Origin: Clostridia bacterium
Lineage (GTDB): Bacteria; Bacillota; Clostridia; Oscillospirales; CAG-272
Length of the DNA: 64,000 bases
Reading direction: 5' to 3'
NCBI GenBank assembly: GCA_017399105.1
Contig: JAFQEJ010000003.1
Span: 19,213 to 83,212 of the forward strand
Both the position numbers and the translations under genes were made by a program. This document shows positions 35,868-46,700 of this stretch, piece after piece (the first letter of the stretch is position 1; every line of letters begins with the position of its first letter). Below the pieces are notes generated by a model. The model saw nothing but the letters and a program-made list of their open reading frames with translations. It ran no database searches and was not told where the DNA came from.

Positions 35868-36719
35868 TTACCTTAAAGCTTCATAGTATTTCTTCATGGT
35901 CAGCGCGTCCTCAGCCATGGTGCCGTCCGACTCGCAAATAATTCTGGGATATACATGCTCGGCAATCATCGCCTCCATCAGCGGCTCAAAGTCGGGGCCG
36001 AATTCTCTGTCCTCGAAGGTGAGATGCTTTTTCTCGCCTGCCTTGGTGTATTCGATCTTGGAAAAATGGCAGTGGAGATACTTGGCATAGTCATCCCCAA
36101 GCGTCTCGCCGATCACATTGAAAATCCTTCTGTAATCGTCCGTGCAGGTGAAAAGTCCCCCCACATTGCGCGCATTCATATGCCCGAAATCCACCACCGG
36201 AACCAATCTGGGATCCATCCTGCAGATCTCCAGCACTTCCTCCAGCGTGCCAAGCTGATTGAGCTTTCCCATAGTCTCAAGTCCCAGTCTCACAGCTGTG
36301 TCGGGATTATCCTCCAGCGCCTTGTACATGGTGTCCTTCGCCAGCTCCACAGCCTCCTCGCGGGAGATCTTTGAAGCGCTGCCCGTGTGGATGACAATGG
36401 TGTCAGCTCCCATCGCTTCGGCAGCCTCCACACTGCGGCGAATATACTTCAGACTGCCCAGCCGCTTCTCGGGATCAACCCCCGACAGCGAAATAAAGTA
36501 GGGCGCGTGGAAGGAGAGTGCGATATTGTGCTTTCGCGCCTCCTCGCCGATGATACGGAAGGTCTCATCTGAGCCTGTGATTCCATTTCCCGCCGAATAT
36601 TCGTAGGCATCCAGTCCCATGGCTTCAAGCCATGCCGGTGCCTGTCTTGTATGCTTATACCCTGCCTCGGCAAAACTCCTCGAGTTTCCCGAAGGTCCAA
36701 ACTGTGCTCTATCTCTCAT
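35868..36719 (-). CDS. xylose-isomerase-like TIM-barrel protein (endonuclease IV-like fold)
   Basis: ..LSFHAPYFISL......IHTGS....HCHFSKIE.. pattern. The start is uncertain (ATG at 36719 or TTG at 36746) and the RBS is weak. Confidence 0.6.
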   Translation of the reverse strand: MRDRAQFGPSGNSRSFAEAGYKHTRQAPAWLEAMGLDAYEYSAGNGITGSDETFRIIGEEARKHNIALSFHAPYFISLSGVDPEKRLGSLKYIRRSVEAAEAMGADTIVIHTGSASKISREEAVELAKDTMYKALEDNPDTAVRLGLETMGKLNQLGTLEEVLEICRMDPRLVPVVDFGHMNARNVGGLFTCTDDYRRIFNVIGETLGDDYAKYLHCHFSKIEYTKAGEKKHLTFEDREFGPDFEPLMEAMIAEHVYPRIICESDGTMAEDALTMKKYYEALR

Positions 36720-36904
36720 AGTCGGGCTCGCAGCACGGGCTGGCAATATCGCGCATTTCGCTTTATTGAAAAGCTTCTATTGGTGCCCGCGTCCTTTCTT
36801 TAGGTAAAAATTTATGTTAGTTGAAGCTCAAATCAAGCCTGTTTTGCAGACGGCAGTATCCTCATAAAAAACCAACCGCATCACATTCCTATCAGCACGC
36901 CCAG

Positions 36905-36951
36905 CCTCGCCCTCCGGGAGAGATGGCATGCCGCAGACATGTCGGAGAGGG
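36905..36951 (+). repeat. 47-nt hairpin-containing intergenic repeat, copy 2
   Basis: CCTCGCCCTCCGGGAGAGaTgGCATGCCGcAgaCATGtCGGAGAGGG, compared with 4140-4187. Confidence 0.75.
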
Positions 36952-36971
36952 TCGCCCTCAGAGGCACTCTG

Positions 36972-37493
36972 TCACCGATCGCCTTTTTTCCTCGCCTCCA
37001 ACCTTCGATACCGCTTCAGAATCGGCACCTCCAGCGCGCGCTTGAATCGGAAGAGCAGCGTCTTTTTATCCTTGATCGGCGGCACCAGCAGACAGCGAAT
37101 CCCCGCCATCCGCCCCGCCAGCACGTCGGTGAAAACCTGATCGCCCAGCATGGCACATTCCGCCCTGTCAACGCCCATCCGCTCAATCGCAAGCTTGATC
37201 TTCTTCGGGTGAGGCTTTCCCGCATCGGCAAAGGCAACATATCCAAGCTGCCGGTTGAAGCCCTCCACCCGCGCCTCATCGTTGTTGGAAACGAAGGCAA
37301 TCTTCACCCCCGCCCGCGCCATCTCCGAGAACCATTCCATCAGAGGCTCGGTAGGCTGTGGATCGTCATAGGTGACCAGCGTATTATCAATATCGCAGAC
37401 AAGGGCACGAATCCCCATCTCACAAAGCAGCGCAGGGGTCACCTCAGCGAAGCCGCCAAGCATCAGGTCGGGGAGCAGAGAGCGGTTGTTCAT
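36972..37493 (-). CDS. yqeG: YqeG-family HAD-IIIA phosphatase
   Basis: DIDNTLV, ..SNN.., GKP and GDQ.FTD motifs. Confidence 0.85.
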   Translation of the reverse strand: MNNRSLLPDLMLGGFAEVTPALLCEMGIRALVCDIDNTLVTYDDPQPTEPLMEWFSEMARAGVKIAFVSNNDEARVEGFNRQLGYVAFADAGKPHPKKIKLAIERMGVDRAECAMLGDQVFTDVLAGRMAGIRCLLVPPIKDKKTLLFRFKRALEVPILKRYRRLEARKKGDR

Positions 37494-37605
37494 GGTCATC
37501 TCCAAACAGTTTACTTCTTTAATATGATTGTATCACAACCGCGGCATCATCGCAAGTGTTTTTTGTAAAAAAATCTGTTCATACGAACATTTTTGTTAAA
37601 TTGAA

Positions 37606-37641
37606 CAAAAAAAGAGATGCCACGGCAACCGCAGCATCTCT
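37606..37641 (-). terminator. rho-independent terminator
   Basis: Reverse complement reads AGAGATGC..(13 nt)..GCATCTCT followed by TTTTTT. Confidence 0.7.
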
Positions 37642-37654
37642 TTCGACATGTGAT

Positions 37655-38155
37655 TTAATCATATAAAAATTCATATTCGGGCAGTGCCTTCCATTCCTCA
37701 CTCTCGGTGAGAAGCTCTATAATCCCGCGGCAGCAGTCAAGGAAAGCCTGTCCCTGCCGATGATCGCTCTCAAAGCCCTGCGCGATATCCTCAGCGGCGA
37801 TGCGGTAGGTATTGCCCCCTGTTTGCACCGTCAGAATCAGCGACATGGATGGAGAGGAGGCGAGGGAGGCGTTGGGATTGTAAACCTCGGGATATTCGTC
37901 AAAATCAAGCTCAGCGAGGATGGCACCGATTTCGGATTTCTGCTCCTCGGTGAGGATCAGCGTCGTGATATAGTCCTCCGGATTTGTAGCATCGGTGGTT
38001 TTCACCAGCCTGCCGGTCCTGCTGTCATAGGAGCTGATTCCGTAGGTGCCCCAGGTGAGCGAAAAGCTGTAGTCGGTGAGCGGCTCGGGGCTGTCGGAGA
38101 AGCAGCCGGCGATAAAGATGAGAATAAGCAGCAGGACTGCGAAGATGCGTTTCAT
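37655..38155 (-). CDS. lipoprotein of unknown function
   Basis: Lipobox in MKRIFAVLLLILIFIAGC. RBS is gaaaggag. Confidence 0.65.
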   Translation of the reverse strand: MKRIFAVLLLILIFIAGCFSDSPEPLTDYSFSLTWGTYGISSYDSRTGRLVKTTDATNPEDYITTLILTEEQKSEIGAILAELDFDEYPEVYNPNASLASSPSMSLILTVQTGGNTYRIAAEDIAQGFESDHRQGQAFLDCCRGIIELLTESEEWKALPEYEFLYD

Positions 38156-38260
38156 TGGGTCAGACTCCTTTCGTGCATAGTCAATCTGCTTTGATGAAAA
38201 TTTTTCCTTTACAGATATGACGCTGCCCATCTGAATTTTGTTCCGTATATCACCAAACTA

Positions 38261-38289
38261 TTGCAATTAACTAAAATTTATTGTATAAT
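38261..38289 (+). promoter_or_regulatory. sigma-A promoter upstream of the PPK2 gene
   Basis: TTGCAA, 17-bp spacer, TATAAT. Confidence 0.55.
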
Positions 38290-38337
38290 AGAGACAACAT
38301 AAGCAAAGATTCTACTCATGAAAGGAAGTATATACCA

Positions 38338-39840
38338 ATGGAAACCGAACGCGACATCATTGAGGCGGAAGCTGAAAAATTTGATTTTGACGCAGCCGAG
38401 AAGAGAATCGCTGTGCTGCAGCAGGCGATCAAGGAAGCCAAAATTCCGGTCATCGTCCTCTTTGAAGGCTGGGGTGCCTCGGGCAAGGGCTACATCATCG
38501 GCCATCTGATCCAGAACTTCGACCCCCGCTCCTTCAAGGTCTACACCATCGGAGAGCGCACCGCCGATGAGCGCCGCTTCCCCGCCATGCACCGTTATTT
38601 CGAGAAGATCCCCCAGTACGGCAGAATCTCGGTTTTTGACCGCAGCTGGTACCGTGATGTCTCCATCGAGCGTGTCGAGGAGAAAATGTCCAAGGCAGAG
38701 CTTGACCGCCGTTTCAAGGAGATCCTCGACTTCGAGGGTCAGCTCAGCGATGATGGTTATGTCATCCTCAAATTCTTCCTGCGCATCTCCAAGGAGGAGC
38801 AAAAGAAGCGTTTCCGCAAGCTGGAGTCGGACAAGGCGACCAAGTGGCGTGTCAGCGAAGAGGACTGGAAGCATCACCGCGACTACGAAAAGTATCTCCA
38901 CGCCTTCACCGAGATGATCGACCGCACCGACCGCCCCTATGCGCCCTGGCTGCAGCTTGACGCCGAGGATAAGAAGCATGCTCTGGCACTGGTCTATGAG
39001 CGTGTCATCGAAGCCATGGAGGTTGCGCTGGAGAACAAGAAGCTGAAGCAGGCTCCCTCCCCCGCTGCCCTTCGCATCCGCACCGACGACCGCATCATCC
39101 CCCAGCCGATTCCAAAGCTTTCCGAGATCGATCTTGACAAAAAATACGATCCCGCCCTCTACAAAGCCGATCTGAAGAAGGCGCAGAAGCGTCTTTTCGA
39201 GCTCCACAACCAGCTATACCGCACCCGCCGTCCCCTCATCATCGTCTACGAGGGCTGGGACGCGGCAGGCAAGGGCGGCAACATCAAGCGTCTCACCCAG
39301 GGTCTTGATCCCCGCGGCTATGAGGTTATCCCCGTTGCGGCTCCCACCACCGAGGAGATCCAGCATCAGTACCTCTGGCGCTTCTGGAAATCGCTGCCCA
39401 AGGACGGACACATCGCCATCTATGACCGCTCCTGGTACGGCAGAGTCATGGTAGAGCGCATCGAAGGCTTCTGCACCGAGGCTGAGTGGAAGCGTGCCTT
39501 TGCCGAGATGAACTGCTTCGAGGAAAGCCTCCACCGCTGGGGCGCCATCATCATCAAGTTCTGGCTGCATATCGACCGTGATGAACAGCTCCGCCGCTTT
39601 GAGGAAAGACAGAATACCCCCGAAAAACGCTGGAAGATCACCGACGAGGACTGGCGCAACCGCGACAAGTGGGATGCCTACGAAACCTCAGTGGATGAAA
39701 TGCTCCACTACACCAACACCGAATACGCTCCCTGGGTCATCATCGAGTCCAATGACAAGAAATTCGCCCGCATCCGCGCCATCAACGCCGTCATCGACCG
39801 CATCGAAGCAGAGCTGGAGAAGGACGGGGACAAGGATTAA
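38338..39840 (+). CDS. ppk2: two-domain polyphosphate kinase 2 (polyphosphate:AMP/nucleotide phosphotransferase type)
   Basis: Two PPK2 P-loops (VLFEGWGASGKG and IVYEGWDAAGKG), each followed by DRSWY. Confidence 0.85.
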   Translation: METERDIIEAEAEKFDFDAAEKRIAVLQQAIKEAKIPVIVLFEGWGASGKGYIIGHLIQNFDPRSFKVYTIGERTADERRFPAMHRYFEKIPQYGRISVFDRSWYRDVSIERVEEKMSKAELDRRFKEILDFEGQLSDDGYVILKFFLRISKEEQKKRFRKLESDKATKWRVSEEDWKHHRDYEKYLHAFTEMIDRTDRPYAPWLQLDAEDKKHALALVYERVIEAMEVALENKKLKQAPSPAALRIRTDDRIIPQPIPKLSEIDLDKKYDPALYKADLKKAQKRLFELHNQLYRTRRPLIIVYEGWDAAGKGGNIKRLTQGLDPRGYEVIPVAAPTTEEIQHQYLWRFWKSLPKDGHIAIYDRSWYGRVMVERIEGFCTEAEWKRAFAEMNCFEESLHRWGAIIIKFWLHIDRDEQLRRFEERQNTPEKRWKITDEDWRNRDKWDAYETSVDEMLHYTNTEYAPWVIIESNDKKFARIRAINAVIDRIEAELEKDGDKD

Positions 39841-39922
39841 ACCGAATCATTTGCAAGAGGCTGCTGCATAACAATAATGCAACAGCCTCTCTCGTTTTTC
39901 TTGACAGATAATAAGGCGAAAA

Positions 39923-40327
39923 TTACAGTTCAATCTTTACAGCATACTCTTTCAGAATGCGCCCGATTTCTTCTTCGTTTTCATAGAACACATCGTCACA
40001 CTGTTCTATAATCTCTTCCGCCTTTTCATCATCCTCATTTTCTTCCAACACCAAATATGCCTTATATGCCTTTTGCAGATTATTTTTCAGTTTTGCGGGT
40101 AAAATCGTTTTCAAAACAGACAGCTCTTTTTGCAAATCGCCCGTGTTTTCAACATTGGTAAAATACTGATCATGTCCGCCGTTGTTGATTTCGCCTTCAT
40201 AGGTCATCAATTCTGCATATGGTGATTCCGCCTGTCCGGCTGCCCAAAGCTCCCACATTTTATTCCATTTACTTTGCTCTTCGTTCAAATCTGTTTTCTT
40301 TGCTTTGAAAAAATCAAACAACCCCAT
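39923..40327 (-). CDS. DUF4375 / DMP19-like protein
   Basis: ..EINNGGHDQYF.N.. motif. The gene sits in an AT-richer patch. RBS is aaaggagg. Confidence 0.55.
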   Translation of the reverse strand: MGLFDFFKAKKTDLNEEQSKWNKMWELWAAGQAESPYAELMTYEGEINNGGHDQYFTNVENTGDLQKELSVLKTILPAKLKNNLQKAYKAYLVLEENEDDEKAEEIIEQCDDVFYENEEEIGRILKEYAVKIEL

Positions 40328-40385
40328 TACATAACCTCCTTTGAAAAATCCAAGTATATCAATCCCTATATACGCAAGTTCAGCC

Positions 40386-41177
40386 TTACGGTTCCACCCG
40401 CTGTGCAAATGCCATATGCACGCTCGGCGCCGCATGAAGATTGCCGTCAAGATCGTTTACCGTGATGCTCTTCGCCCCCTCGCCGTAAAGGGTGATCACA
40501 TCCCCCGCGATGAAGTTGACCGCACCCTCACGCAGACAGTCGCGGATAATAATCTCAAAATCACCGCCCTCGGGATCGCGGCAGATATAATAGGTCGCAT
40601 ATCCTCCGGCGTAATCATGATAGGCATAATCTGAGAGCATCTTTTCCACCGTCAGCGTCATACTGACAAATTTGCCCTCATATTCAGCCGCCGCGCGGTA
40701 GTATGCCTCGGGATCAATCGTCTCGCAGGCTGCCACATATTCCTCATGCGTCAGCTCTGTATTCACCGGTCCCGGCGCATTTCTCAATGAAAGCATGGTG
40801 TAAAGGGGAATTCCCACATAGGCAACCAGCATGAGCGCGATGATAATGCCGATGACAGTCAGCTTCACCGACCGCTTGTGAGGGCTTCCCGCCAGCAGAA
40901 TGATGCCGATAAACCGCGAGATGAAGAGCATGACGATGATAAACCACCATTCGTAATACCAGGGAATGAAGGTCACCCGATCGGAGCCGCCGCTCTTCTT
41001 CCGCTTAGGGCGGGGAGTCGGCTTGCGGTTGCCGGCACGCATCTCCTCTGGGCATTCCTTCCCGCAGAGAGGGCAGTTGTCGCCGCCGAAATAACAGCCG
41101 CAGTCGGGGCATTTGTTCAGATCGGCGCGTTCGTTGTCTTCGGTCGTATCGAATTTTCCGGATATTCGTCCCATCAT
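40386..41177 (-). CDS. membrane protein with an N-terminal zinc ribbon, two TM segments and an extracytoplasmic domain
   Basis: CPDCG..(9)..CPLCG, then a K/R/P-rich linker and two hydrophobic helices. Confidence 0.6.
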   Translation of the reverse strand: MMGRISGKFDTTEDNERADLNKCPDCGCYFGGDNCPLCGKECPEEMRAGNRKPTPRPKRKKSGGSDRVTFIPWYYEWWFIIVMLFISRFIGIILLAGSPHKRSVKLTVIGIIIALMLVAYVGIPLYTMLSLRNAPGPVNTELTHEEYVAACETIDPEAYYRAAAEYEGKFVSMTLTVEKMLSDYAYHDYAGGYATYYICRDPEGGDFEIIIRDCLREGAVNFIAGDVITLYGEGAKSITVNDLDGNLHAAPSVHMAFAQRVEP

Positions 41178-41471
41178 TGTGTCCTTTCCGCATGCGCAGG
41201 ATAATTTATTGTGTTAACCAATTATACCATATAACCGCTCTCCTGTAAAGGAAAAATTACACAGTGCTTATACACGCCGCCTCGGTGAGCTTCGCGGTGA
41301 TATTGTTCATCACCGAAATCACATCGCAGGGAGAATTTTCTTCAGAACAAAGGTGAGAAAGACGGACGACATAGGACATGCCGCAGTCGACCGAAAATAT
41401 GGGAGCTTTACCTGGATAATATGAGTAGAAAGCTATGAAAAGCCGTCCTTTCTGTGACAGAATGAATGAAT

Positions 41472-43628
41472 TTATTGTATGGAGAAGCATTCGCCTGCCT
41501 TCAGGGTGACAGCTTCTTCCTTTTCACCATAGACGAGGTTGAAGGAGACATCGCGGGAGGCGGTAAGGGTGAATTTTGTAATGCTGCTCTCCTTCCATGC
41601 CGCCGAAACCACAACACCGCCGCGAGCCATAAGCCCCTCAAAGCATCCCTCACCCAGCGCCTTCGGGAGAGCGGGAAGCAGGCGGATCACGCCGGCATGA
41701 CTCTGCAGCAGCATCTCGATGATACCTGCCGCCGCACCGAAGTTGCCGTCGATCTGGAAGGGCGGATGGGTGTCGAGCAGATTGTCCTTGGTGGAAGCTG
41801 CAAAGAGCTTGCGGATGATGGCATAAGCATCCTCCCCCAGTCCCAGTCTGGCAAAGAGATTGATCAGCCAGGCACAGCTCCATCCCGTGTGTCCGCCGCC
41901 CGACGCCAGTCTGCGCCGCAGAGTCACCTCACAGGCCTTCATCAGCTCGGGCGTGGTGGAATTGATGGCGCAGTCGGGATAGAGCGCATAGAGATGCGAC
42001 ACATGGCGGTGTCCCGGCTCGGGCTCGTCATAATCATGGAGCCACTCCATCAGCTGTCCGTGCTTTCCCACCTTCAGCTTGGGAAGCTTGGCACGGGCAT
42101 CCTTTGCGCGACAGGCAAGGGCAGGGTCCCGTCCCAGCACAGCTTCGGCTTCCACATAGAAATCAAGCAGCTCGCCGATGATCTCCACATCCATGGAAGG
42201 CGACAGGCAGAACTGGGCAGTAACCGATCCCACACCGTCGGTGAAGTAGCTGTTCTCGGGGGACACTGAGGAACCGGTCAGCATCACACCCTCATGCTCG
42301 AACATCAGCCCCAGCATAAAGCGCACATTGTCGGCAAGAAAGTCATACTGCTCCGCAAGAAAGTCTTTGTCTCCCGTATAGAGCCAATGCTCCTTGATAT
42401 GGCGGCAGAGCCACGCACCACCGTACTGCCACATGCCCCAGAGTCCGTCTGCAATCTGTGTGTAGCCATAGATATCACTGAGATGATGCACCACCATGCC
42501 CTCAAGACCGTAGAAATCACGGGCTGTGCGCTTCCCCGATTCATGGAGATTCTCTCTCATATAAGCAAAGAGGGGCAGCGTGCAGTCGGAGAGATTCGCC
42601 GCCTCAGCATGCCAGTAGTTCATCTGCAGATTGACATTGGTGTGATAATCGCTGCTCCAGGGCGCATTTATATAGCCGTTCCAGACTCCCTGCAGATTTG
42701 CAGGCAGAGAATCGCCGCGGGAGGAGGAGATGAGCAGATACTTACCGAAGGCAAAATAGGTGGATACAAGACCGGGATCATCCCCGCCGTCACGGATTCT
42801 CGCAATGCGCTCATCGGTGGGAAGTGCATCAAGTGCGGGATCCCCTGCAAATTCCAGCGAGCTCCTCCCCATCATGGCATTCATATCGGCGATGTGCTCC
42901 GCCTTCAGTTCCTCGTAATCGGTGCGGGAGATGACCGGATTCCCCCCGGTTTTAATGGCTATAAGCAGGGTAACCGACCTCGCCCCCTTCACCGAGATGC
43001 CCTCCGAAAGCGAAATTTCGCCGTCTGTGATCAGCTTCACATCCGCGCGGAAGTAATGATTTCCCTTCGCCGTAACCCCCTCCAGCGCGATTCCGTCGCG
43101 TGAAAAGAGAAGCGCGGTGAGATTTTGCCGCTCATAGCCGATCAGAGCGTCAAATTTCCCATCGGCAGAGATACGAAGTGCCACGGTCTGCGCGGGATAG
43201 GAGGCAAAACTCTCATGGAGATAGTGCACTCCCTGCTTCTCATAGCGCACCGATGCGATCCCGTCCTCGAGACTGAGCCTGCGCTCATAGCCCGTGATCT
43301 CCCCCTCGGGCAGGGTCACCGTCAGCTCTCCCGCCGTTTCATAGGAAGAAACCCGCGTGAAAACATCGTTCATATGCTCCTTTGCCCAGACTTCGGCTTC
43401 GACAGGCTTCCCCTCCAGCAAAAGCCGGCGCACATACAAAAATCGCTCCATGAAGCCTTCGGGCACAAAGCTTGTCTCACTCCCCGCCCAAATGCGCTCC
43501 TCGTTGAGCTGAAGCCGCTCGCAAGATGTATCTCCGTACAGCATGCCGCCCAGCTTTCCACAGCCTGTGGGAAATGCCAGCTCCCACTCGGAAGCAGGCG
43601 ATCTCAGAAAAATATCATGCTTCTTCAT
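41472..43628 (-). CDS. glycoside hydrolase family 95 (alpha-L-fucosidase type)
   Basis: N-terminus ..PASEWELAFPTGCGKLGGMLYG......LQLNEERIWAG is typical of GH95, with an (alpha/alpha)6 region carrying ..WHG.YH.N.N.QMNYW. Confidence 0.8.
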   Translation of the reverse strand: MKKHDIFLRSPASEWELAFPTGCGKLGGMLYGDTSCERLQLNEERIWAGSETSFVPEGFMERFLYVRRLLLEGKPVEAEVWAKEHMNDVFTRVSSYETAGELTVTLPEGEITGYERRLSLEDGIASVRYEKQGVHYLHESFASYPAQTVALRISADGKFDALIGYERQNLTALLFSRDGIALEGVTAKGNHYFRADVKLITDGEISLSEGISVKGARSVTLLIAIKTGGNPVISRTDYEELKAEHIADMNAMMGRSSLEFAGDPALDALPTDERIARIRDGGDDPGLVSTYFAFGKYLLISSSRGDSLPANLQGVWNGYINAPWSSDYHTNVNLQMNYWHAEAANLSDCTLPLFAYMRENLHESGKRTARDFYGLEGMVVHHLSDIYGYTQIADGLWGMWQYGGAWLCRHIKEHWLYTGDKDFLAEQYDFLADNVRFMLGLMFEHEGVMLTGSSVSPENSYFTDGVGSVTAQFCLSPSMDVEIIGELLDFYVEAEAVLGRDPALACRAKDARAKLPKLKVGKHGQLMEWLHDYDEPEPGHRHVSHLYALYPDCAINSTTPELMKACEVTLRRRLASGGGHTGWSCAWLINLFARLGLGEDAYAIIRKLFAASTKDNLLDTHPPFQIDGNFGAAAGIIEMLLQSHAGVIRLLPALPKALGEGCFEGLMARGGVVVSAAWKESSITKFTLTASRDVSFNLVYGEKEEAVTLKAGECFSIQ

Positions 43629-43736
43629 TGCGTAACCCCCGTGAAAATCTCATTGTATTCCCTCTCATTGTAGCGTGAAAAGCAGGCTTTGTCAAGAATG
43701 AATCTGTCAACAGAAGTGTATATGACCGGGAGGTCA

Positions 43737-43772
43737 AAAAGAACTGCCGCATTTGCACACAGCAGTTCTTAT
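43737..43772 (-). terminator. rho-independent terminator after the 1269-aa gene
   Basis: Reverse complement reads AAGAACTGC..(14 nt)..GCAGTTCTT followed by TTTG. Confidence 0.65.
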
Positions 43773-43783
43773 CTTCACAATAT

Positions 43784-46700
43784 TCAGTTCAGTCCGACCA
43801 TCTTGGAAGCATCAACGCCGTCCACTCTGTACTTGCCGCCGCTTTCGAGCACGCAGCCGATCAGCGTAACCGACTTGATGTCATTGGTCGCCGTCACGTC
43901 AGATCTCAGCGCGCCGGTAGCATTCTGTACTGCCGCCAGCACCGCTTCGCCCGCGTTCATCTCAAGCATAACCGCACCTGCATTCTGGATTCTGCCACCG
44001 ATCATGGTCAGCTTGCCGGGACCGTTCATGACAATCGCCCCCTTGGAGGTTCCCCAGAGGTTGGTGTTGATCATCACGACCTCGCCGGTGAAGGATTCGT
44101 CGGTGACGATGTAGTTCATCTCCTTACCGTTCAGGTTGACAAGCTGCGTATCCACATAATGAGCGGTGGCATTGCCCTCGATGTAGGTGGAGAAGTTACC
44201 GCTGTCAATGCCGTTTGCAATGAGGTAAGCATCCTTGGCACCATCCATGACGTGAATGCCCTTCCAGCCGCCGTAGGAGAAGTTGTGGTAGAAGACCTGA
44301 TTCTTGGTCTCGCCGATGACAAAGGGTCTGCCCTGGGTCATAATCGACTTATAGGTCGCATCCCAGTTGCCCGGGTTGCAGTTGGGGGTATACTGGATAT
44401 CGCGTACAATACCGTTCTCCGAGCCGCCGCCGGTGATGATACCGATGTTCATGGGAGTACCCCAGAGATATTCCACATAATGCTCGTCACAGCGGTAGGT
44501 GGCAAGATCCACGCCGTTGTAGGAAGAATTGAGCAGCAGATTGCAGAGATAAACGCCCTTTCCGTTGCCGCGGATGGTGAAGGAATAGGGCACCACGCCG
44601 TCATTGTACTGGTTATAGTAGTAGAAGTTGATTCCGCGCATGCCCGCACCCTCCATGAGCGTGAATAGCGCTTCGCCGTCGGGATCCTCTCTGCCGAAGT
44701 CAGAGTATATATTCGCCGTTGCGGGAATGCCGTTGTGAGGCATATCCATGGTGCCGCGCAGCTCGATGCCGGCATGAACCGTGATGGCATCCTCTACATA
44801 ATAGGTGCCGCTCGGAAGGTAGATCAAACCGCCCTTGCCCTTCAGCGAATCGATGGCAGCCTGAAGCTTTTCGGTGATATCATCGCCGTCCTTGATTCTG
44901 TAAGGCTCAGCCCCCATGTCAATGAAGGCATCCGACGCAGGCTTGGTATAAACATAGCGGTTGTAATCCACGTCGGTAATCAGCCCCGGCAGATCGGCTG
45001 TGATAACCTCCTCGCCGGCAATCTCGGTGTTGATGAAGGAAACCTTGCCGTAGTTGGTAGCATGAGCCTTATCGCCCGCCTTTACGGCGGAGTCAACAGC
45101 TGTCACAAGACCGGTACCGTTGTTGACAATGGCATATTTTCCCTCACTCTCGATGGTGCAGTTCACAAAGGACATATCCGAGGTGTAGGTTTCCGAGAGC
45201 AGAATCGCCACCGCATCTTCACCGCCCGCCGCACGGAAGATGGAGTTGGAGATGATATTGCCGTAGATAGCCATATCTTCAATGACCAGCGGATTGTAGC
45301 AGTCGACAATCTCAAAGTTGTAGAGATGTCCGTGAGACATGCCCTCAGCCGAAGCACGGGCGAGGAAGCCAATGTTGTAGCCCTCAATCTTCACGTCGGC
45401 AAAGTAGGTCCAGTCGATGCGCTCGACGATCATACCGATCGAATTGGTGAGCATGTAGTTTTCAAGCTGCTCTTTGATGGGTTTGTTCGGAACGTCGCAC
45501 TCCAGCCAGTACTTGGGCGAGAAGCAGACATTCTCAAAGCGTCCGATGTCGTAGCATGCATTCATATGGTAGGCAACATTCAGCACCGTGCCGTAGAGAT
45601 TGCGTACCGTCTGAAGCGAGTCGCTTCCCGTGCTGAAATCAATGCCGTTGTAGGAGTTGACCAGAGTGACATTCTCGATATCAAGGCCCTCGGTTGCCAC
45701 CTGCTCGAAGGTATAGGGGAAGGGGATGGGCTCGCCCTTCACGAAACGCTGCTCGGGATAGTAGAAGGCAATATTGCGAACCGCAGAACCGTGGGGCATC
45801 TTGATGAAGGCGGGATCCTCGGGTTTGCCCTTGCCGCAGTAGACATAGAGCACCGTGCCGTTTGCCGTACCCGTCTCCAGCTCACCGATCAGCATAACGC
45901 CGGTGGGGAGCTCAATCGGCTCGGTCATGCAGTATCTGCCCTCTGGGATGAAGACAGTGCCGCCCCCCGCAGCCTGAGCTGCCGCAATGGCATCCTTGAT
46001 GGCGGCAGTATCATCTGCTCTGCCGTCACCCTTCGCACCGAAGTTGAGCACGTTGTAGTTTGCCACCACATATTCGCCGCACTCATACTTGGGGACCACC
46101 AGATAATTGCCCTCTGGCGCTGTGATTTCGGGGGCATGGTCGAGATAAACCGCAGCCATGCGGAAGAATTCGGCGCCCTTCGAGGAGAGCTTGATATCGT
46201 GACCGTCCACACCGCCTGAAAGCTTGGCATCGGGCAGCGTGACCGACAGCTTGTTCCAGCTGTTGCCCAGCTTGGTCACCGTATATTCCACCGATGCGGC
46301 GCTTCCGTCGGTCTTGGTGTAATCAAGTGTCAGCGCAGCCCTTTCGGAACAGTAGTATTCGATTATAAGAGAAAGATTGCCGCTGTAGGCAGCCTTGGTC
46401 TTCTCATCGGCATCAAAATAGATATAGGCACGCGAGGCATCCTTGCGGTTGTACTCAAGGAAGGTGCAGTCACGCTCCGAGATCACCATGGTCTTGAGCG
46501 GCTCGGCACCGTCATAGAACGCCGAAAGTCCGGCGCTCACGGGAGAAGCTCCCAGCGTCACGCGGGGAAGGGTCAGATCGACCGTTTCCTTATAATAAAT
46601 GGTTGTGATATCGTCATCATCCGAGGGAATCACCGGCGCCTCGGTCACGGGAGCCGCTGCAGTATCCGACTCCACCACCTCGGTTTCGGTTACATGCGCT

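Noticed and set aside
41257-41490. 77-aa minus-strand ORF between the zinc-ribbon membrane protein gene and GH95
   Set aside because: It overlaps the GH95 stop region and has no RBS or recognisable motif. It may be a remnant but is not supportable as a gene.
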